Shown piece by piece: positions 11,995 to 21,655 of a stretch of DNA of 59,250 nt; position 1 is the stretch's first letter; the number at the start of each line of letters is the position of its first letter. The stretch comes from Minisyncoccota bacterium (GTDB lineage: Bacteria; Patescibacteriota; Minisyncoccia; Phycocordibacterales; UBA5272). A model generated the notes under the pieces. That model worked only from the letters and a program-made list of their open reading frames with translations, was not told the origin of the DNA and did no database searches. The position numbers and the translations under genes are program-made. The stretch covers positions 1-59,250 of the forward strand of contig JAGOTK010000003.1 in NCBI GenBank assembly GCA_018061825.1. The letters run 5' to 3'.

Positions 11995-12648
11995 TTATTG
12001 ATGATAATCAAGGATACAAAATGCTTTATTTGTAGCACATGTGCCATCAGAGTCTCCTACTTGACTGACTATAGCTCTACTAGCTTCACTGAAAGCTGCT
12101 GAAGTTCTAGAGTCTGCAGGCTCATGTTGACCACTAACTATAGAAGCTCCTGTACCTAAATTTATACAAGCTGCAGCGTCGAAACCTCCTGAATTATTTA
12201 CACCTTTACATTTAGCTGCCCCAGCCAAAGCACCACTCACTGTCTCTAGATGAGTCCAAAGGTGATAACCCACAACTCTAACACCACAAGATGAAGTCAA
12301 ATTACCATTACTTGCTGTATCCACAGTGCCATCTGTATATCCAACATAGTTGTAGTAACTGTTGTCAGTATTAATTGTAGAGCTTGTAGCTGTAGCTATA
12401 GGTAAAGGATCGGATTGTGTAGAAGCTAAAGCTGCTAAATCACAAGGATAATACCCATGATGACTGTCTGCGTAAAGAGTTAGTGATGAAACTAAGTTTT
12501 TCATTTCTATAACTCTTTGTCCATCACGTCCCTTTCTTCTGGCTGACTGGAAAGGTGCATAAATAATAGCTCCTAAAATACCAATGATTGCGATCACCAC
12601 GAGGAGCTCGATAAGTGTAAAGCCTTTTGTTAATTTATTTTTTTTCAT
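11995..12648 (-). CDS. pilA: Major type IV pilin
   Basis: 217 aa. TKGFTLIELLVVIAIIGILGAIIYAPF; 6 Cys in the globular part. Own extended -10 promoter and a strong hairpin terminator directly downstream. Visibly less AT-rich than its neighbours. Confidence 0.85.
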   Translation of the reverse strand: MKKNKLTKGFTLIELLVVIAIIGILGAIIYAPFQSARRKGRDGQRVIEMKNLVSSLTLYADSHHGYYPCDLAALASTQSDPLPIATATSSTINTDNSYYNYVGYTDGTVDTASNGNLTSSCGVRVVGYHLWTHLETVSGALAGAAKCKGVNNSGGFDAAACINLGTGASIVSGQHEPADSRTSAAFSEASRAIVSQVGDSDGTCATNKAFCILDYHQ

Positions 12649-12696
12649 ATGAATTTAATTAATAAAATAATTTTTCTTTTTATTAAAGATAAATAT

Positions 12697-12705
12697 ATTA
12701 TATCA
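12697..12705 (-). promoter_or_regulatory. Extended -10 TGATATAAT upstream of the major pilin
   Basis: Plus-strand attatatca; 48 nt to the ATG. Confidence 0.5.
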
Positions 12706-12764
12706 AACTATAATATACAAAAATGAAATAAGAAAAAAAACTGTGGATAATCTTTATTTTAAGA

Positions 12765-13988
12765 TTAAACAGTAGATACGACTGAGTACATAGGTATAAG
12801 TATAGCTGCAAGCAATGTAGCTACTCCTCCAGCAAGAAAAATAATAAGAGTTGGCTCTATGAGTGCTAATGCAGTGTCTATAGCAGTAGATACTTCTCTT
12901 TTATAGTAGCTCGAAAGACTTCTCAAAATAAATCCAAGCTTACCAGTCTCTTCTCCGATCTTTGTCATCTGAACTAAAATATTTGGCAAATCTTCTTCTT
13001 CATAAAAAGATTGAGACAACGATTTGCCTCCTTTCACTTTTTTTGAAACCCTTATTAAAAGATCTTGATACACTACATTGTCTACCACATCCGAAGTAAT
13101 CTCTAAGGCTCTCACTATCTGAACACCAGAAGATAACATAGTATCTAAATTATCTGTCAATCTGGATAAAAATACTTTTTTATAAAGAACACTAAAAACA
13201 GGAATCTTTAATTTAAAATAATCTAAATACTGCTTTCCAGACGGAGTCTCGCTCATATTATGTAAATAATACGCAAGCACACCTCCAACTATTAAAATAA
13301 GAACACCGTACCCTCTTACCACATTTCCAATTCCAAGGACTATCTTTGTAACTAAAGGAAGCTCGCTTCCTTGTTCAAGGAGCATTCCAGCAAATTGAGG
13401 AATAACAAAGACTATCATGGCAGTCATAACACCAATAAAAGTAATTGTCACAAACATAGGATAGACAGAAGCTTTCTTTAATTTTTGTGTAAGGTCAAAA
13501 TTCCTATCCATGTAATCAGCTAAATAATTAAAAGATTCATCGAGCTTTCCAGATTCTTCTCCAGCTTTAATCATATTTGAATAGAATGTTCCAAATATTT
13601 TGTCATATTTTCCCATAGATACTGAAATAGAAAGACCAGATTGAATATCATCTGCAATTAAATTTAAAATTCTTTTAAGCTCTGGACTTTCTGTCTCTGT
13701 TGTCACAAGTCTAAAAGCTCTGAGTGCAGATACTCCAGATTGAAAAAGTGTGGCGATCTGTTTTGAGAAAACCACTATATCTTTTTCTTCTACTTTAGGA
13801 CCGAAAAAAGGAATCTTAAATCCTGTCACAGGATTACCAAAAGTATTTTTATTTTCAAAAGGCTCTAAAGAGACTATTATCAGTTGTCTATCTTGTAATG
13901 CTCCAATCGCATCATCTTCACTAGATCCTTCTATTTTTCCTTCAGCGCGAGAGCCGTCTGGATTTATGGCTTTATACTTAAATAACAT
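12765..13988 (-). CDS. pilC: Type IV pilus platform protein (GspF/PilC family)
   Basis: 407 aa. Two T2SSF repeats and 3 TM segments. Confidence 0.9.
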   Translation of the reverse strand: MLFKYKAINPDGSRAEGKIEGSSEDDAIGALQDRQLIIVSLEPFENKNTFGNPVTGFKIPFFGPKVEEKDIVVFSKQIATLFQSGVSALRAFRLVTTETESPELKRILNLIADDIQSGLSISVSMGKYDKIFGTFYSNMIKAGEESGKLDESFNYLADYMDRNFDLTQKLKKASVYPMFVTITFIGVMTAMIVFVIPQFAGMLLEQGSELPLVTKIVLGIGNVVRGYGVLILIVGGVLAYYLHNMSETPSGKQYLDYFKLKIPVFSVLYKKVFLSRLTDNLDTMLSSGVQIVRALEITSDVVDNVVYQDLLIRVSKKVKGGKSLSQSFYEEEDLPNILVQMTKIGEETGKLGFILRSLSSYYKREVSTAIDTALALIEPTLIIFLAGGVATLLAAILIPMYSVVSTV

Positions 13989-13992
13989 AATT

Positions 13993-15051
13993 TTATATCA
14001 TTTTTTGTAAAGCCCTCGGATTCCTTGAATTAGCCATAGCCACATCAAGAGAAACTTTTCCAGCACGTACCAGATCTGCAAGATTACGATTAAAATCAAT
14101 CATTCCTTGCTCTCTACCTGTCTCTATTATAAGATCTAGCTCATGAACTCTATCATCACGAATAAGATTTCCAACTGCTACATTATTTATCAATAATTCA
14201 AAGACTGGGACCATTCCACCTGTCGTTGATGGTATTAATCTCTGAGAAAAAATTCCTATCAAAGAAGTAGATAACTGTTGACGAATTTGTCCTTGCTGTC
14301 CATTTGGAAAAGAGTCTATAATTCTATTTATTGTCTGTGATGCTGAATTTGTATGTAATGTAGATATCACAAAGTGTCCAGTTTCCGCAGCTGTGATAGC
14401 AGCTCCAATAGTCTCCAAATCTCTCATTTCTCCTAACATTATCACATCGATATCTTGTCTCAATGCTTGCTTTAAAGCAATATTAAAAGATGCAGTATCT
14501 GTCCCAACTTCTCTCTGATCTATTATAGCTTTATCATTTTCAAATATGTATTCAATAGGATCTTCTATTGTTATGATATGTTTTCTTTCTGTAGCATTTA
14601 TTTCATTGACTAAAGTTGCAAGAGTTGTTGATTTTCCTTGTCTTACAGGCCCTACTACTAAAAATAATCCTTGCTTTGCATGAGCTATCTCTGAAAGTAT
14701 GGGAGGCAAATTAAGTTCACCAAAGTTTTTTGGTTTTGGGACAAGCCTTAAAGCTATTCCAACTAAACCTTTTTCAAAATATGCATTTCCTCTCATTCTA
14801 TATTCCCCTAAATGTTCAAAAGAAAAATCTATTTCTTGTTTGAGAATAAAGTCATTAAACATTCTCTCTGACACCATAGATCTTAAAAATCCGACAGTAT
14901 CTTCCGACTTTAAAGACCCCTTATGTACAAGGGTTATCAAATCACTATTTATACGAATTGCTGGTGGAGCACCTGCAATAAGATGAAGATCACTTCCTTG
15001 CTCTTTTACTAGAGTCAAAATTAATTCGTTTAATTCACTTTTATAATCCAT
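13993..15051 (-). CDS. pilT: Type IV pilus retraction ATPase
   Basis: 352 aa. Walker A GPVRQGKSTT, Asp box IITIEDPIEY, Walker B DVIMLGEMRD, His box GHFVISTLHTN. Confidence 0.9.
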   Translation of the reverse strand: MDYKSELNELILTLVKEQGSDLHLIAGAPPAIRINSDLITLVHKGSLKSEDTVGFLRSMVSERMFNDFILKQEIDFSFEHLGEYRMRGNAYFEKGLVGIALRLVPKPKNFGELNLPPILSEIAHAKQGLFLVVGPVRQGKSTTLATLVNEINATERKHIITIEDPIEYIFENDKAIIDQREVGTDTASFNIALKQALRQDIDVIMLGEMRDLETIGAAITAAETGHFVISTLHTNSASQTINRIIDSFPNGQQGQIRQQLSTSLIGIFSQRLIPSTTGGMVPVFELLINNVAVGNLIRDDRVHELDLIIETGREQGMIDFNRNLADLVRAGKVSLDVAMANSRNPRALQKMI

Positions 15052-15095
15052 AGATTTATTTTTTATAAATAAAGAAAATCTGCACTAATAATTAG

Positions 15096-15104
15096 ATTAT
15101 AGCA
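15096..15104 (-). promoter_or_regulatory. Extended -10 TGCTATAAT upstream of pilT
   Basis: Plus-strand attatagca in the pilB-pilT gap. Confidence 0.4.
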
Positions 15105-15153
15105 TCAATTTTTAAATACAAATGAAAAAGTTATACACAAAATTTAAATAATA

Positions 15154-16950
15154 TTACAAACTGTCAACTTCTGTAAAAGGTACGATACCTTCTAAAGATT
15201 TAATTATTGCATCTTCTCTCATACTTATCATTCCTTTCTTTCTAGCTACCTGCCATATGTCATCTTCTGGCTTTCTTCCAAGAATAAGATTTTGAATCTC
15301 GTGATCTACTTCTAAAATTTCAATCACTGGCATTCTACCTTTTAATCCTGAAGGATTAGAAGAAGAAGGTACGGCATTTTTTGGATTCTTATCAAGTGGT
15401 AAATCTTTTTTATATTCATCTGCCAATGTCTTAAATGAGTCATCTATTATAGCTTTTACTCCTGGCTCATCTATTTCTTGTGCGCAGTCTGCGTCTATTT
15501 TTCTTACAAGTCTTTGAGCAATGGCTAATATAAGTGTTGGTGCTATAAGAAAAGGATCCACACCCATATCAAGAAGACGAGTAATAACACCTATAGAATT
15601 ATTTGTATGGATTGTGGAAAATACCAAGTGACCAGTAAGAGCAGCTTGGATAGCAAGCTGTGCTGTCTCAGCGTCACGAATTTCTCCAACCATTATTATG
15701 TCTGGATCTTGACGAAGAATAGAGCGAAGACCAGTAGCAAAAGTATATCCAATTTCTGGAAAGACTTGTGATTGATTCATACTTGGGATATTGTATTCTA
15801 CTGGATCCTCAAGAGATACGACATTCTTTTTTTCTCTATCCAATTCGTTAAGCATTGAATAAAGAGTAGTAGTCTTTCCAGATCCAGTAGGACCAGAAAT
15901 AAGCACTATACCGTATGGTTTTTCTAAAGAGCTTCTAATTTGAGCAAGATGAACTTTTGATAAACCTATATCTTCTAATTTTTTTACACCTCTATAACTA
16001 TCAAGTATACGGATCACGACTTTTTCTCCATAATAAGTAGGAAAAGTAGAAACACGAAAATCTATTTTATGTCCTTCATATTTTACAGAAAATCTACCGT
16101 CTTGTGGCTTTCTTTTTTCATCAAGCTTCATACCTGAAAGCACTTTTATTCTTGCTACTACTGCTGATGCTCTTGCTATAGGTATATTAAATTGAGTTAT
16201 TAAAACACCGTCCACACGATAACGTATCCTTACACGATCACCCATATTTTCTATATGTATATCTGAAGCTACATTGACAATAGCACTCTTTACGGCTATG
16301 TTAATAATTTTTGACATTGGCATAGAATCTACCAAAGACTCTGGTATGTTTTCATCTTCATCTGTAATGTCCATCAATTCATCTTTGATTTCTTGTCCTT
16401 CTTCTCTTTTATGTGTGTATTGAGGAGATGCGGATTCTCCACTTCTAGCATAACCTTCGAATCTTCTTTTAAATTCACTAAGTGATATTAAATAAATTTT
16501 ATAAGAAACACCAGCTGAAGTTAGTAAAAACTGTATAGCATCTAATACATTTTTCCTTTCAGGATCAACTACGCCTATAAGAACTTCATCATTTATATCT
16601 TTATTTTTAATAAAATCATTTTTGCCTTTATTTGATTCTGATGATGTAATTATTTTTTTATCTTTTTCATCAGACATAGACCTCATACCAAGAGGTACTG
16701 TTAAATATCTTTCAGCTTTATCTTTATCTATCATGTTGTATAGACCAGGATCAGCAAGATCTCTGTCTCCATTAAATACAGGTATACCATATATAGCATT
16801 ACGAGCAGTAAGAATAGCTACTTCAGGTACATTATGCTCAGATAATATTTCATCAATTGGAACAGGAGAAGTTTTTGCTTCTTCTTCTATAGCTTTGACC
16901 TCTAGTCCAGATAAAACATTTTGAGATGTTAAAAGATTTAATAAAATCAT
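15154..16950 (-). CDS. pilB: Type IV pilus assembly ATPase (GspE/PilB family)
   Basis: 598 aa. T2SSE_N-like N-terminus, GPTGSGKTTT, SLEDPVEY, IIMVGEIRD, GHLVFSTIHTN. Confidence 0.9.
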   Translation of the reverse strand: MILLNLLTSQNVLSGLEVKAIEEEAKTSPVPIDEILSEHNVPEVAILTARNAIYGIPVFNGDRDLADPGLYNMIDKDKAERYLTVPLGMRSMSDEKDKKIITSSESNKGKNDFIKNKDINDEVLIGVVDPERKNVLDAIQFLLTSAGVSYKIYLISLSEFKRRFEGYARSGESASPQYTHKREEGQEIKDELMDITDEDENIPESLVDSMPMSKIINIAVKSAIVNVASDIHIENMGDRVRIRYRVDGVLITQFNIPIARASAVVARIKVLSGMKLDEKRKPQDGRFSVKYEGHKIDFRVSTFPTYYGEKVVIRILDSYRGVKKLEDIGLSKVHLAQIRSSLEKPYGIVLISGPTGSGKTTTLYSMLNELDREKKNVVSLEDPVEYNIPSMNQSQVFPEIGYTFATGLRSILRQDPDIIMVGEIRDAETAQLAIQAALTGHLVFSTIHTNNSIGVITRLLDMGVDPFLIAPTLILAIAQRLVRKIDADCAQEIDEPGVKAIIDDSFKTLADEYKKDLPLDKNPKNAVPSSSNPSGLKGRMPVIEILEVDHEIQNLILGRKPEDDIWQVARKKGMISMREDAIIKSLEGIVPFTEVDSL

Positions 16951-16992
16951 AATTGATTATATTATACTACATTAAATTATATATTTTTATCT

Positions 16993-17313
16993 TTAAGGTA
17001 AAAATGGATTATTACGTCCCACTTGTTGACTTGGAGAAACATATTCAAATGCAGAATGATCTTCTTTTGCTAATTGATTATTTAAATTTAATGTAAAAGA
17101 TAAATTTTCTTTATTTATAATATCTACATCTTTTGATAATTTTGTACCCGATAAATAAGCATTAGTGGCTGAATTTGAATCACCAGGACTATCTTCAAAA
17201 AAACCTTTATATACAAAATATCCAATTATAAATAAGACTATCAAAATTATTGGAAAAATTAATTTTAATAGGCCTTTATTTTTATCTTTATTTATATTTT
17301 CATTATTATCCAT
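16993..17313 (-). CDS. Small single-TM pilus-locus protein, PilP-like (C-terminal GRNNPFLP)
   Basis: 106 aa, between the pilO-like gene and pilB. One TM; terminal RNNPF resembles the R(D/N)PF motif of PilP-type proteins. Confidence 0.4.
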   Translation of the reverse strand: MDNNENINKDKNKGLLKLIFPIILIVLFIIGYFVYKGFFEDSPGDSNSATNAYLSGTKLSKDVDIINKENLSFTLNLNNQLAKEDHSAFEYVSPSQQVGRNNPFLP

Positions 17314-17317
17314 AAAT

Positions 17318-17926
17318 TTATTTTTGTTGTTTTAAATAATAAGTTTCTACACTTACAGAATAACTGAATATACTTATTGAATTTGCATCTGGAGTAGATG
17401 AGAAATTTAAAGAAGTAACATTGAAAATACGCTCAGAATTTTCTAAATTTTTTAAGAAAAACTTTATATTTTCATAGCTCCCCTTAACATTAAAATCTAT
17501 CTTAAGAGTATTAAATTTTTTATTTAGATCATTTGAACCAGAAGTTCCATCATCTGAAAATTTTGGCTCTGTCAAAAGCATATCCGAACCTTGCATTGAT
17601 GCAATTTTAGTTAATTGATATATAGTAATTACAGGATCTACTGATGAAGGCAATATTTTATTTAAAGTTTCTATTGGTAATTTTTGTAATGCGTCATTGT
17701 AATCATTGTTAATTTTTACAATCTTATTATCATAATTTTTAGCTATAGTCATAGCACTTTCATAATCAGATTTTTCTTTTAATAAAGAAGATATATTATT
17801 TTCTGGAGAGTAGAAAGTACCCTGACCTACATACTGGGGATAAATAAAAAAATAAGAAATCGCTCCAATCAAAACAGAGAGCAGTATGTTTACATATATC
17901 TTATTTTTTATTTTTTGATTCTGCAT
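17318..17926 (-). CDS. pilO: PilO-like pilus alignment protein
   Basis: 202 aa. N-terminal TM then coiled-coil/ferredoxin-like region; assigned from position after the pilN-like gene. Confidence 0.55.
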   Translation of the reverse strand: MQNQKIKNKIYVNILLSVLIGAISYFFIYPQYVGQGTFYSPENNISSLLKEKSDYESAMTIAKNYDNKIVKINNDYNDALQKLPIETLNKILPSSVDPVITIYQLTKIASMQGSDMLLTEPKFSDDGTSGSNDLNKKFNTLKIDFNVKGSYENIKFFLKNLENSERIFNVTSLNFSSTPDANSISIFSYSVSVETYYLKQQK

Positions 17927-17935
17927 ATATTTTCT

Positions 17936-18757
17936 TTAATTATTATTTAATTTCAAAGTAGAAGTAGCCGTGGTGGTAGCTATCTGATTTGAAGATGTAG
18001 AATTAGAAAACAATTCAGCTGGAGCATTGTTTTTAAATAAAGGTCCAGAAGAATTATTATTTTTAACCGTAAGTCCATCCGTACTCTTCAAAAACTTTAA
18101 ATAGTTAGCAGTTGATATGTCAACATTAAAAGAAATATCAAAAGTCACACGATTTTCTGACAAGGCTAAAGATAAAAATTTAAAATTTAAAAAATATCCA
18201 TTCATTGGTCCAGTTCTAAAATTTGAAACTTGTCTTGATAATGCTAAATAATCTTGAGCTACTCCTGACATGTTTATAAGAACTGTAGAATTTACACTGT
18301 CTTTTTTTATACTAACCTTGTCAAAATATACATAACTAGTCTTACTTGACTCTACTACTGACTCTAAAAGAGGAAAAAGCATTCCAGAAAAATATACTCT
18401 ACTATCATTTACAGAATTTATTAACTTAATCTTTTTAGAAAGATCTCTCATTGGTTGAATATTCTTATCAAAAGTAATAATATTTGGATTATTATCTAGA
18501 TTAGCAAGAGAAGATTTTTGCAGATTTACTTTTGACGCTAAATAATTAGCATAAAAATATGATACTGCTGCTAAAAGTAATGTCAAAATAAGAGCTGAGA
18601 TTAAAAATAATTTTACAGTATCTCTCTTGTTTGTATTTCCATCATCTATAGTAGGTGTGGCGAATTCATTATACACTCCAGCTCCAGCGGCATTAAAACC
18701 ACCAGTAGCTGTACCTGATGGGATATTTGTATTGTTAATTTGACTAGCATTAAACAT
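17936..18757 (-). CDS. pilN: PilN-like pilus alignment protein
   Basis: 273 aa. Cytoplasmic N-terminus, single TM (LFLISALILTLLLAAVSYF), periplasmic domain; immediately follows pilM. Confidence 0.55.
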   Translation of the reverse strand: MFNASQINNTNIPSGTATGGFNAAGAGVYNEFATPTIDDGNTNKRDTVKLFLISALILTLLLAAVSYFYANYLASKVNLQKSSLANLDNNPNIITFDKNIQPMRDLSKKIKLINSVNDSRVYFSGMLFPLLESVVESSKTSYVYFDKVSIKKDSVNSTVLINMSGVAQDYLALSRQVSNFRTGPMNGYFLNFKFLSLALSENRVTFDISFNVDISTANYLKFLKSTDGLTVKNNNSSGPLFKNNAPAELFSNSTSSNQIATTTATSTLKLNNN

Positions 18758-18762
18758 ATATT

Positions 18763-19839
18763 TTAATTAGAAAGATTTTTCATTGCTAAACCCGCAGCTA
18801 TTGTGTATTTTCCATCTTCACTCGATAAAGCTTCTCTCATATTTGAAGGTAAAACAAAATCTGCAAACGCATCTACCAAAATAACTTCTTTATCTAAAAA
18901 TTCAGAAAGTAATTTTTTGACACCTTTTTGCAATCCTCCTCCACCACTTAAAACCACTTTTTCTATGTTTACATTATACTTTCTTTCGTGTTGAAGTAAA
19001 AGGTGTTTTATATCATCAAAAAGTGGATAACTTGCCAAAGTCATTATTTCTGCAAGATGTGGAGAAGAATTATCTCCAAGATATCCAAATATTCTTTTGG
19101 CTTCTTCTGCTACGTCTATACTTACTCCTAATATTTTAGATATTTGAGAAGTGTTGTCAAAAGATCCTTTTTGAATAATATTTGAAGCTTTAACCATTCT
19201 GTTATGTATAAATGTCACAAAAGATAATCTTCCTCCTATATCTACATGTATCATTGGTATATCTTCTTTAATTTGTCTTAAAATGGTCCTAGCTCCAGAA
19301 AGGCTTTCTATTTCAAAAGTGAAATCTTTAAAACCTAGTTTTTGAGATAAATTTGAATATTTTTGAAATATTTCATTTTTTACAGCAACTATGATCACAG
19401 TATCTTCTTTACCTAGATTTTTATCTCCTATATCTGTTCTCCAATAGCTCAATTTTACTTCAGATACTTGTACTGGCAAATATTTTCTAGCTTCAATTGG
19501 TATAAGTGTAGCTAATTCTTTATCTGAAACTTTTGGTATGCTAATAGAAGACAAAAAACAATCTTGCATGGAAATAGAAAATACAATTTTTGTCGCTGTT
19601 ATTTTACTTGCTAAAAATAAATCTCTTATTGCTGTTACTGTTTTTTCTTCACCTATATTTGTGACAGATCCAGGAGGCAATGAATTGTAAGCAGCCATTT
19701 CAAGTTCACCATAAGTCTCAAGATAGAGTTGATTGAGATCTTTTTTTACTTGTAAAACTTTTATTGAATAAGTACCAATATCAAGCCCTGCAGAGACTTG
19801 TACTATTTCTTTATCTGAATTGTTTCCAAAATTAAACAT
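18763..19839 (-). CDS. pilM: Type IV pilus actin-like ATPase
   Basis: 358 aa. GLDIGTYSIKVLQV phosphate-1 motif, ...VVLSGGGGL; first gene of the pil operon. Confidence 0.8.
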   Translation of the reverse strand: MFNFGNNSDKEIVQVSAGLDIGTYSIKVLQVKKDLNQLYLETYGELEMAAYNSLPPGSVTNIGEEKTVTAIRDLFLASKITATKIVFSISMQDCFLSSISIPKVSDKELATLIPIEARKYLPVQVSEVKLSYWRTDIGDKNLGKEDTVIIVAVKNEIFQKYSNLSQKLGFKDFTFEIESLSGARTILRQIKEDIPMIHVDIGGRLSFVTFIHNRMVKASNIIQKGSFDNTSQISKILGVSIDVAEEAKRIFGYLGDNSSPHLAEIMTLASYPLFDDIKHLLLQHERKYNVNIEKVVLSGGGGLQKGVKKLLSEFLDKEVILVDAFADFVLPSNMREALSSEDGKYTIAAGLAMKNLSN

Positions 19840-19863
19840 AATAAAAAGTATTATAATGATTAA

Positions 19864-19872
19864 ATTATATCA
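19864..19872 (-). promoter_or_regulatory. Extended -10 TGATATAAT for the pilM operon, overlapping the comFC start codon
   Basis: Plus-strand attatatca; 24 nt to the pilM ATG. A plus-strand TATAAT at 19852-19857 sits 14 nt before the comFC ATG. Confidence 0.5.
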
Positions 19873-20624
19873 TGAAAAAAATCACTGTTCATATAAATAG
19901 AGTAAAAAAAATACTATTAGATATTTTTTTTCCAGAAAGCTGTATTTGTTGTTCAGAATTTGGAGAAATGATCTGTGAAAATTGCAGAGAAGATATAAAA
20001 AAAGATAAAACAAAAAACTCTAACTTAAAAGGTATAGAATGGGTTCATAGTTTTTTAAATTATAAAAACAAGAATTTTAAAGATGTTTTATTTTCTATAA
20101 AATATCATTATGTAAAATCTGCCACCAAGTATTTAAGTCTTATATTGTATTTAGATTTTTATGAATTTATAAAAGAAAAACTTTTAATTTGCGACAAAAA
20201 AGATCTAATAATAATACCTATACCTATTTCAAAAAAAAGACTTATAGAAAGAGATTACAATCAAACTGAAATATTAATAAAAGATACTACAAAAGAAATA
20301 AAAAATAATTTAAAGCTAGACTTAGAAAATAATATCTATATAGACTTATTGATAAAAAATAAACACACTATAAAATTTGCTGAGACACATTCTTCTACAG
20401 AGAGAGAAGATTTAATAAAAAATGCTTTTATAGTAAGAGAACCTATATCTTCACTATTATTTATAAATAGCAAAAAATCTCTTGAAGAATTTTTAGAAAA
20501 TAAGACAATTATTCTTTTTGATGACATCACCACTACAGGATCAACATTTTATGAAGCGAGAAACACATTAGTAAAAGCAGGAGCTAAAAAAGAAAATATA
20601 TTTGGATATGCAATAGCGCATTAA
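19872..20624 (+). CDS. comFC: ComF family phosphoribosyltransferase-like competence protein
   Basis: 250 aa. N-terminal Cys4 (CICCSEFGEMICENC) and PRT motif IILFDDITTTGST. Confidence 0.8.
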   Translation: MKKITVHINRVKKILLDIFFPESCICCSEFGEMICENCREDIKKDKTKNSNLKGIEWVHSFLNYKNKNFKDVLFSIKYHYVKSATKYLSLILYLDFYEFIKEKLLICDKKDLIIIPIPISKKRLIERDYNQTEILIKDTTKEIKNNLKLDLENNIYIDLLIKNKHTIKFAETHSSTEREDLIKNAFIVREPISSLLFINSKKSLEEFLENKTIILFDDITTTGSTFYEARNTLVKAGAKKENIFGYAIAH

Positions 20625-20631
20625 ATTATAA
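20595..20631 (+). repeat. Direct repeat copy 1 (native 3-prime end of comFC: last 9 codons, stop, 7 nt)
   Basis: aatatatttggatatgcaatagcgcattaaattataa; matches 21619-21655 at 34/37 positions. Confidence 0.9.
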
Positions 20632-20654
20632 ATAACTAAAAATAAAGGAAATAA

Positions 20655-21614
20655 TTATTTAAACTTATCATATAAAGATTCTTCATTAAAATTAATATTG
20701 ACAGGAAACGCTGTACATAAATTACTTTTATTTTTATCTATATTATATCTAGTTCTTATCTCCTGTATTCTTATTATATCTTTATTAATGAAATCTTGAT
20801 AATCTTGATAATTTATATCATCACATTTTAAAATATCCAGACCAGACAATTTAAAATCTTTTTCTATATTAAAATTAGGTAATGAAAAATTTGCTTCTTT
20901 ATTAACTAAATTCTTATTAGCCCAAGTTATAAAATTATCTTGTGATAAATAATTTAACTCGATTGGATTATTTGATAAATATACAATATAACCATTATCC
21001 AAAACTAAATAATATAGTCTAAACATATAAGAAGTCGTTGTGGCATCGACTGCAATAAATAAAACTTTATGTGGTTTTTTAAAATCTTCAACAACTGAAC
21101 TTAAAATTGCTTGCTGTTTTAAGTTACGAGATGTATTTTGTATAGTTTCAACACGAGTTCTTGCTTCTCTATATTTAGTAAATGATGTGGTTGGGGATAG
21201 TGGAAACAAAACTAAAGGACCAAATAATATAAGAATTAATAATAAAATTGATAAATAATACCTTTTGGAAAAAAGGTATATTACAAATATTAAATTAATA
21301 AAAAATAAAGGAACTGCTATATAAATAGTAAACACTAAATTACTCATACCATAGACTGCATTCCTTATAATAAATGCATAATAAAAAGTAAAAATAAAAT
21401 CTACTGTAGTAAGAATACATAAAAATAATTTTGTACCTATTCCTAATTTTTCGCGGTATTCTTTACTATTTATTTTTTCTTTATCAAAAAGAAAAACATT
21501 ATCAATATCCTCTTGTTTCCAACCTGTATCTAAAAGTTTTTTTGTAATATCTTCTTTAGACAATCCTGCTTCTGATTCTTTTTTAATAAAATCTTTTAAT
21601 TCTTGTGTAATCAT
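20655..21614 (-). CDS. Hypothetical polytopic membrane protein (sole gene of the segment bounded by the comF-end repeats)
   Basis: 319 aa. Soluble N-terminal helical domain (ITQELKDFIKKESEAGLSKEDITKKLLDTGW), 4-5 TM helices, C-terminal soluble domain. Confidence 0.6.
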   Translation of the reverse strand: MITQELKDFIKKESEAGLSKEDITKKLLDTGWKQEDIDNVFLFDKEKINSKEYREKLGIGTKLFLCILTTVDFIFTFYYAFIIRNAVYGMSNLVFTIYIAVPLFFINLIFVIYLFSKRYYLSILLLILILFGPLVLFPLSPTTSFTKYREARTRVETIQNTSRNLKQQAILSSVVEDFKKPHKVLFIAVDATTTSYMFRLYYLVLDNGYIVYLSNNPIELNYLSQDNFITWANKNLVNKEANFSLPNFNIEKDFKLSGLDILKCDDINYQDYQDFINKDIIRIQEIRTRYNIDKNKSNLCTAFPVNINFNEESLYDKFK

Positions 21615-21618
21615 AATG

Positions 21619-21655
21619 AATATATTCGGATACGCAGTAGCGCATTAAATTATAA
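21619..21655 (+). repeat. Direct repeat copy 2 (orphan comF 3-prime end fragment)
   Basis: aatatattcggatacgcagtagcgcattaaattataa would encode NIFGYAVAH-stop. Three transitions relative to copy 1. Confidence 0.9.

Noticed and set aside
13750-16924. Antisense ORFs 13750-14010, 14699-14986 and 16622-16924.
   Set aside because: They are embedded in pilC, pilT and pilB, which carry unambiguous Walker and T2SS-F motifs on the opposite strand.
20632-21618. Insertion sequence or transposon between the comF-end repeats.
   Set aside because: There is no transposase or integrase ORF and no terminal inverted repeats. The single gene encodes a polytopic membrane protein. The direct repeat itself is retained as a finding.
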